DNA of 32,000 bases. Source: Moritella sp. JT01. GTDB taxonomy: Bacteria > Pseudomonadota > Gammaproteobacteria > Enterobacterales > Moritellaceae. Of the stretch, positions 27,054-32,000 are shown one piece after another. Location: NCBI RefSeq assembly GCF_001574435.1, contig NZ_LOCN01000001.1:297801-329800 (forward strand), given 5' to 3'. The notes under the pieces are model-generated. The model was not told the origin of the DNA. It ran no database searches and saw only the letters and a list, made by a program, of their open reading frames with translations. Both the position numbers and the translations under genes were made by a program. Each line of letters opens with the position of its first letter. The first letter of the stretch is position 1.

Positions 27054-29153
27054 ATGCAAGTAGCAGCAAATCTGTCAAAAATCTGGGGTAAAAGAGCGAT
27101 TGCGCTAGAAAATATCGGTACCCCGATAGTTGTGTTAGCTACACTCGGCATGGTTGTATTACCGATACCTGCATTCCTATTAGATGTGTTCTTTTCTTTT
27201 AATATCGCTTTATCGTTATTAATTCTGCTTGTTTCTATATACGTCAATAAACCACTTGATTTTGCTGCATTTCCGACGGTTTTGTTAATTGCAACATTAC
27301 TACGCTTAGCCCTGAATGTAGCATCAACGCGAGTGGTGTTGTTAGAAGGGCATAATGGCGGTGATGCTGCGGGACAAGTTATCGATGCCTTTGGTTCTGT
27401 TGTGATCGGCGGGAATTTGGCGGTGGGCCTCATCGTGTTTATGATTTTAATGATTATTAACTTTGCCGTGGTGACCAAAGGTGCGGGACGTATCTCGGAA
27501 GTAAGTGCGCGTTTTACGCTCGATGCTATGCCAGGTAAACAGATGGCCATTGATGCCGATTTGAACGCCGGTATTATTGACCAAGAGCAAGCCAAATTAC
27601 GCCGAGAAGAAGTTACTCAAGAAGCTGATTTTTATGGTTCGATGGACGGTGCCAGTAAATTTGTAAAAGGTGATGCGGTTGCCGGTTTATTGATTTTATT
27701 TATTAATATTATCGGTGGCCTTATCATTGGTGTTTCACAGCATGATTTAAGTTTTGCGGAAGCGGGTGAGATTTACACATTATTGACCATTGGTGATGGT
27801 CTGGTTGCGCAGATACCGTCACTACTCTTATCGATCGCTGCAGCGATAATTGTTACCCGTCAAAATAAAGACGAAAAACTCGGCACCCAAGTCACGAGCC
27901 AAATGGTGGCTAATCCCAAAGCATTGGCTGTTGTTGCTGTCATTATGACGGTAATGGGGTTAGTACCGGGTATGCCACACCTTGCTTTCATCGGTTCTGG
28001 TGTGCTTACTGGCACTTGGGCTTGGTGGTTAATGAAAGCAGCAGCTAAGCGTGAAGAAGAGAAAACCAATATTCCAGAAAATACCGCCATTGACGCGACG
28101 TTGAATGATCAAAAAGATCTGGACTGGGATGATGTTAAACCGGTAGATACGATTGGTTTGGAAGTAGGTTACCGTTTAATTCCGATGGTTGATAAGAGCC
28201 AAGGTGGTGAGTTATTAAACCGTATTAAGGGTGTTAGAAAGAAACTTTCTCAAGAATTGGGTTTCTTGGTGCCCGCAGTGCATATTCGTGACAATCTCGA
28301 ATTACCACCAAATTGTTATAGTATTAACATTATGGGGGTCTCAAATGGCGAAATTGAAATTTTCCACGATAAAGAATTAGCCATTAACCCTGGTCAGGTT
28401 TACGGCAAGATCGATGGGATTGCAACCATCGATCCTGCTTTTGGCTTACCGGCTTTGTGGATTAATCCCCAACAGCGTGATCAAGCGCAAACCTTGGGTT
28501 ATACAGCTGTTGACTCTGCGACAGTTGTTGCGACACACTTGAGTCAGTTGTTACTGAACAATGCCGCACAATTACTCGGTTATGAAGAAGTGCAGAATTT
28601 ATTAGATGTGTTAGCGAAAACACACCCTAAATTGGTCGAAAGCTTAGTCCCTGAAATTTTACCGTTAGGGGTTGTTGTGAAAGTATTGAAAGGACTTTTA
28701 CATGACAACGTGCCAATTCGAGATATTCGCACCATTGTTGAAACAATGGCTGAATATGGTACCAAAACACAAGATCCAGAAGTGTTGATTTCTGCTTGCC
28801 GTGTAAGTTTACGCCGCATGATTGTTCAGGATATAAATGGTATCGACAGTGAATTACCTGTTGTGACACTGGCACCAGAATTAGAGCAAATATTACACCA
28901 GTCTTTACAGGCAGCAGGTAGTGAAGGTGCGGGTATTGAACCTGGTTTAGCTGAACGGATGCAAACCTCATTAACAGAGGTAGCACAAAATCAAGAATTA
29001 GCGGGACAACCGGCGATCTTACTTACCTCTGGGGTATTAAGGTCAACATTGGCGAAATTTGTGAAATACTCAATACCCTCATTACGCGTATTATCATATC
29101 AAGAAGTACCTGATGATAAACAGATTAGAATTGTCAGTGTTGTTGGTCAATAA
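27054..29153 (+). CDS. flhA: flagellar biosynthesis protein FlhA
   Basis: RLALNVASTRVVLLEGHNGGDAAGQVIDAFG, TLDAMPGKQMAIDADLNAGII. Confidence 0.97.
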   Translation: MQVAANLSKIWGKRAIALENIGTPIVVLATLGMVVLPIPAFLLDVFFSFNIALSLLILLVSIYVNKPLDFAAFPTVLLIATLLRLALNVASTRVVLLEGHNGGDAAGQVIDAFGSVVIGGNLAVGLIVFMILMIINFAVVTKGAGRISEVSARFTLDAMPGKQMAIDADLNAGIIDQEQAKLRREEVTQEADFYGSMDGASKFVKGDAVAGLLILFINIIGGLIIGVSQHDLSFAEAGEIYTLLTIGDGLVAQIPSLLLSIAAAIIVTRQNKDEKLGTQVTSQMVANPKALAVVAVIMTVMGLVPGMPHLAFIGSGVLTGTWAWWLMKAAAKREEEKTNIPENTAIDATLNDQKDLDWDDVKPVDTIGLEVGYRLIPMVDKSQGGELLNRIKGVRKKLSQELGFLVPAVHIRDNLELPPNCYSINIMGVSNGEIEIFHDKELAINPGQVYGKIDGIATIDPAFGLPALWINPQQRDQAQTLGYTAVDSATVVATHLSQLLLNNAAQLLGYEEVQNLLDVLAKTHPKLVESLVPEILPLGVVVKVLKGLLHDNVPIRDIRTIVETMAEYGTKTQDPEVLISACRVSLRRMIVQDINGIDSELPVVTLAPELEQILHQSLQAAGSEGAGIEPGLAERMQTSLTEVAQNQELAGQPAILLTSGVLRSTLAKFVKYSIPSLRVLSYQEVPDDKQIRIVSVVGQ

Positions 29154-29200
29154 CACGTAAATAAAAAATTTAAGTAGCGAACTGAACTAAGGATGTTAAG

Positions 29201-30697
29201 TTGAAAATAAAGCGCTTTTTTGCCAAAGATATGCGAGCGGCATTGGCTGAAGTCAAAGAGGTTCTTGGCCCTGACGCTGTTATTATGTCTAACAAAAAGG
29301 TCACCGGCGGCATTGAAATAGTTGCTGCTGTGGATTTCTCTGAAAGTAAGCCTGTCGCAGCCGAAAAAGCACGCGAACCAAAAACTGTAGCAAATAAATC
29401 AGACCGTCAACTTTCTGAAGACTCCGTCAATTTATCGGCATCTAAATTCAGTTTCAAAAGATTAATCAATAATGAACTGTCACAGCAAGCAGAACCAGAT
29501 CGAGCCGTCGCGCCAAATGACTCATTAGCGAGCTTATTAGCGCGTCAGCAAGAACATAAACAGCAAATGTCACAAGTAATAAATAACGATGATAATGCGC
29601 GTGAAAAAAATAATTGGGATACCAGTTTTTTAAAGAAACCGGTCGCTCGTCGCTTTGCTGAACGTCCAAATACTGCTCCGGCGACACTTGCAGAACAAAA
29701 TGAAATGCGTGATGGTATGGCGCGCTCTTCTCAACAAAATGGTTATAAGCAGTTTGAGTCTACGGCACCGAAAAGTGACAACCAACAAGACATTAGTGCG
29801 ATGAAGGCAGAGCTTGCTTCAATCCGAAAGTTGCTTGAGCATCAAGTATCAGGATTACAGTGGCAGGAAGTTGAACGTAATGAACCTATTCGTGCTATGT
29901 TGATCAAACATTTGGTTAAGATTGGTTTTACCGAAGAGGTTGCAGACCAACTAGCTAACTCTGTGGCTGAAAACTGTTCGATTGAGTCGGCTTGGGATCA
30001 GATTGAAGCGTTACTGACGGACAGCGTTCTCATTGCGCAAGATGATATTTTAAGTAAAGGTGGTGCAGTTGCATTAGTTGGCCCAACGGGCGTGGGCAAA
30101 ACGACAACTATCGCCAAATTAGCGGCAAAATTTGCCATGTTACATGGTTCAGAGAATGTTGCGCTGATTACGACTGATACATATCGTATTGGTGCTCACG
30201 AACAATTAGCGACTTACGGCCGTATTATGGGGTGTGTTGTTAAAGTTGCCCGTGATGAAGCAGAATTGGCACAATACTTGTATCAATTAAGAAGTAAACG
30301 TTTAGTTTTGATTGACACTGCCGGTATGGGACAGCGTGACAAACGTTTATCCGAACAGCTAGAAACATTAGTTAATAATGAAAAAGTCGTTATTCGTAAC
30401 TATTTGGTTGTCCCGGCAACTGCGCAGCGTAGAGTTGTACAAGAAACATTAGAGCATTTTCACCACATTCCGTTAGCGGGCTGCATTTTAAGTAAAGTGG
30501 ATGAAAGTTTAAGCTTAGGTGAGATTTTAAGCGTATTAATACAACATGAACTACCTATTGCATATATCACAAATGGGCAAAGGGTTCCTGAAGATATAGA
30601 TTCAGCCAATGCGCAGCAATTAGTTCGTACTGTACTGAACAGAGATACGCTAGAAGAACAAAACGATACGCATTTTTGGTTAGGCGATGATAAATAG
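29201..30697 (+). CDS. flhF: SRP-like GTPase FlhF (polar flagellum placement)
   Basis: MKIKRFFAKDMRAALAEVKEVLGPDAVIMSNKKV, GPTGVGKTTTIAKLAAKFA, ITTDTYRIGAHEQL. Confidence 0.95.
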   Translation: MKIKRFFAKDMRAALAEVKEVLGPDAVIMSNKKVTGGIEIVAAVDFSESKPVAAEKAREPKTVANKSDRQLSEDSVNLSASKFSFKRLINNELSQQAEPDRAVAPNDSLASLLARQQEHKQQMSQVINNDDNAREKNNWDTSFLKKPVARRFAERPNTAPATLAEQNEMRDGMARSSQQNGYKQFESTAPKSDNQQDISAMKAELASIRKLLEHQVSGLQWQEVERNEPIRAMLIKHLVKIGFTEEVADQLANSVAENCSIESAWDQIEALLTDSVLIAQDDILSKGGAVALVGPTGVGKTTTIAKLAAKFAMLHGSENVALITTDTYRIGAHEQLATYGRIMGCVVKVARDEAELAQYLYQLRSKRLVLIDTAGMGQRDKRLSEQLETLVNNEKVVIRNYLVVPATAQRRVVQETLEHFHHIPLAGCILSKVDESLSLGEILSVLIQHELPIAYITNGQRVPEDIDSANAQQLVRTVLNRDTLEEQNDTHFWLGDDK

Positions 30698-30699
30698 TA

Positions 30700-31575
30700 A
30701 TGAATAAAAATATTTTTTTCGATCAAGCAAGTGGTCTAAGACAAATGAGTAATAACAAAAAAGTTAAAGTTATTGCCGTTTCAGGTGGCAAAGGTGGCGT
30801 AGGTAAAACTAACGTAACACTGAACATGGCAGTATCACTCGCGGCCCAGGGCAAGCGAGTCATGGTTTTAGATGCCGACCTTGGGTTGGCAAATGTCGAT
30901 GTTTTACTCGGCTTACGTGTACATAAAAATATTTCTCACGTTATTTCAGGGGAATGTACATTAGATGATATTTTGATTGAAGGTCCTAATGGGATCTTAA
31001 TCGCGCCAGCAACCTCTGGTACGCGTTCGATGGTTGAGTTATCAATACAAGAACATGCTGGCTTAATCCGTGCGTTTGCAGAATTGAAAACACCGATTGA
31101 TGTGCTGCTGGTTGATACTGCTGCGGGTATTTCGGAGATGGTATTAAGTTTTTGCCGTGCTTCACAAGATATCATCATGGTGGTGTGTGATGAACCGACA
31201 TCAATCACGGATGCTTATGCATTAATTAAATTACTCTCCAAAGAACACGGTGTTCATCGTTTTAAAATTGTGGCCAATATGGTGCGCAGTTTACGTGAAG
31301 GCCAAGAATTATTTACTAAATTGACGCGTGTAACGGATCGGTTTTTAGATGCAACATTAGAGCTTGTTGCTTGTATCCCGTTTGATAACAGTGTTCGTCA
31401 AGCCGTTCGTAAACAGAAAGTGGTTGTCGAAGCATTTCCAAAAGCGCCCGCTTCATTGGCGTTTAGAGCGTTAGCAAGTCGAGCTGCAACTTGGCCAGTA
31501 CCGAATAAAGTCGGCGGTCATTTGGAGTTTTTCATTGAGAACCTGTTTGAAAACAAATCTAGGGTAGAAGATTGA
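30700..31575 (+). CDS. flhG: MinD-like ATPase FlhG/FleN
   Basis: N-terminal DQASGLRQM, then VIAVSGGKGGVGKTNVTLNMA. Confidence 0.95.
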   Translation: MNKNIFFDQASGLRQMSNNKKVKVIAVSGGKGGVGKTNVTLNMAVSLAAQGKRVMVLDADLGLANVDVLLGLRVHKNISHVISGECTLDDILIEGPNGILIAPATSGTRSMVELSIQEHAGLIRAFAELKTPIDVLLVDTAAGISEMVLSFCRASQDIIMVVCDEPTSITDAYALIKLLSKEHGVHRFKIVANMVRSLREGQELFTKLTRVTDRFLDATLELVACIPFDNSVRQAVRKQKVVVEAFPKAPASLAFRALASRAATWPVPNKVGGHLEFFIENLFENKSRVED

Positions 31576-31576
31576 A

Positions 31577-32000
31577 GTGAATAAGGCATCCGCTTACAGT
31601 AACATCCAGTCGCAACAGAATCATGCTGTTGAGCAATTCGGTTTTTTAGTAAAACGAATTGCCCATCACTTGCTTCTCCGTTTGCCGCCGAGTGTTCAGT
31701 TAGATGATTTAATCCAGTCGGGTATGATTGGATTACTGGATGCTGCGCGCAACTTTGATGGCTCTAAAGGCGCTAGCTTTGAAACTTATGCCGGTATTCG
31801 TATCCGCGGCTCAATGATTGATGAAATGAGACGTGGGGATTGGGTTCCAAGATCGGTACATAAAAATGGCCGTGATATTGCTGCCGCCATTGACCGTATC
31901 GAAAAACAAACGGGTACGGATGCAAAAGATACTGATATTGCTGAAGAATTAAGCGTAAGCCTGACTGACTACCATAGTATGTTGATGGATGTTAATAGTG
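31577..32000 (+). CDS. fliA: flagellar sigma factor sigma28 FliA, truncated by window end
   Basis: GTG start; my translation gives VKRIAHHLLLRLPPSVQLDDLIQSGMIGLLDAARNFDGSKGASFETYAGIRIRGSMIDEMRRGDWVPR. Confidence 0.93.
   Translation, partial: MNKASAYSNIQSQQNHAVEQFGFLVKRIAHHLLLRLPPSVQLDDLIQSGMIGLLDAARNFDGSKGASFETYAGIRIRGSMIDEMRRGDWVPRSVHKNGRDIAAAIDRIEKQTGTDAKDTDIAEELSVSLTDYHSMLMDVNS

Noticed and set aside
27011-27595. 194-aa minus-strand ORF overlapping flhA
   Set aside because: Entirely antisense to the strongly conserved flhA and its promoter region; composition looks like a shadow ORF.
28580-28986. Minus-strand ORFs within flhA
   Set aside because: Shadow ORFs opposite conserved coding sequence.
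1-32000. CRISPR array, defence system, prophage or biosynthetic cluster
   Set aside because: No regularly spaced repeats, cas-like, phage-like, RT or nuclease-effector proteins were found; nearly all coding space is explained by core and flagellar genes.

Overview
This is a contiguous core-genome segment of a marine-type gammaproteobacterium. The taxon is inferred from gene order and protein similarity (Moritella/Vibrio/Shewanella-like) and not proven. Left part: three tandem tRNA-Ser(TGA) genes, each with its own promoter and terminator; a minus-strand Cys-rich small protein; uvrY-uvrC-pgsA; then a Leu-Cys-Leu-Cys-Leu tRNA array plus one separate tRNA-Leu. Middle: a small secreted ORF followed by secD and secF. 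Right part: an almost complete polar flagellar cluster, flrA-flrBC-fliEFGHIJ-fliKLMNOPQR-flhBA-flhFG-fliA (fliA runs off the end). The most interesting element is the 160-codon ORF at 6220-6702. It has a signal peptide, sits directly upstream of a yajC-less secD-secF pair, and carries RISGWKDSNLLY near its C-terminus. This resembles the arrest motif of Vibrio VemP, the export-monitoring translational-arrest peptide that controls secDF2. The predicted stall-site codons are complementary to the secD ribosome-binding region, and the intergenic RNA offers a competing pairing. I therefore propose a divergent VemP/SecDF2-type arrest switch. Other notable items are a perfect 2 x 20 bp palindrome upstream of uvrY, a UUCG-loop terminator overlapping the 5' end of the uvrC ORF, four sigma54-type promoter matches heading flagellar operons, and an in-frame 9-bp minisatellite in fliK. 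No CRISPR array, transposase, integrase or defence system was recognised.
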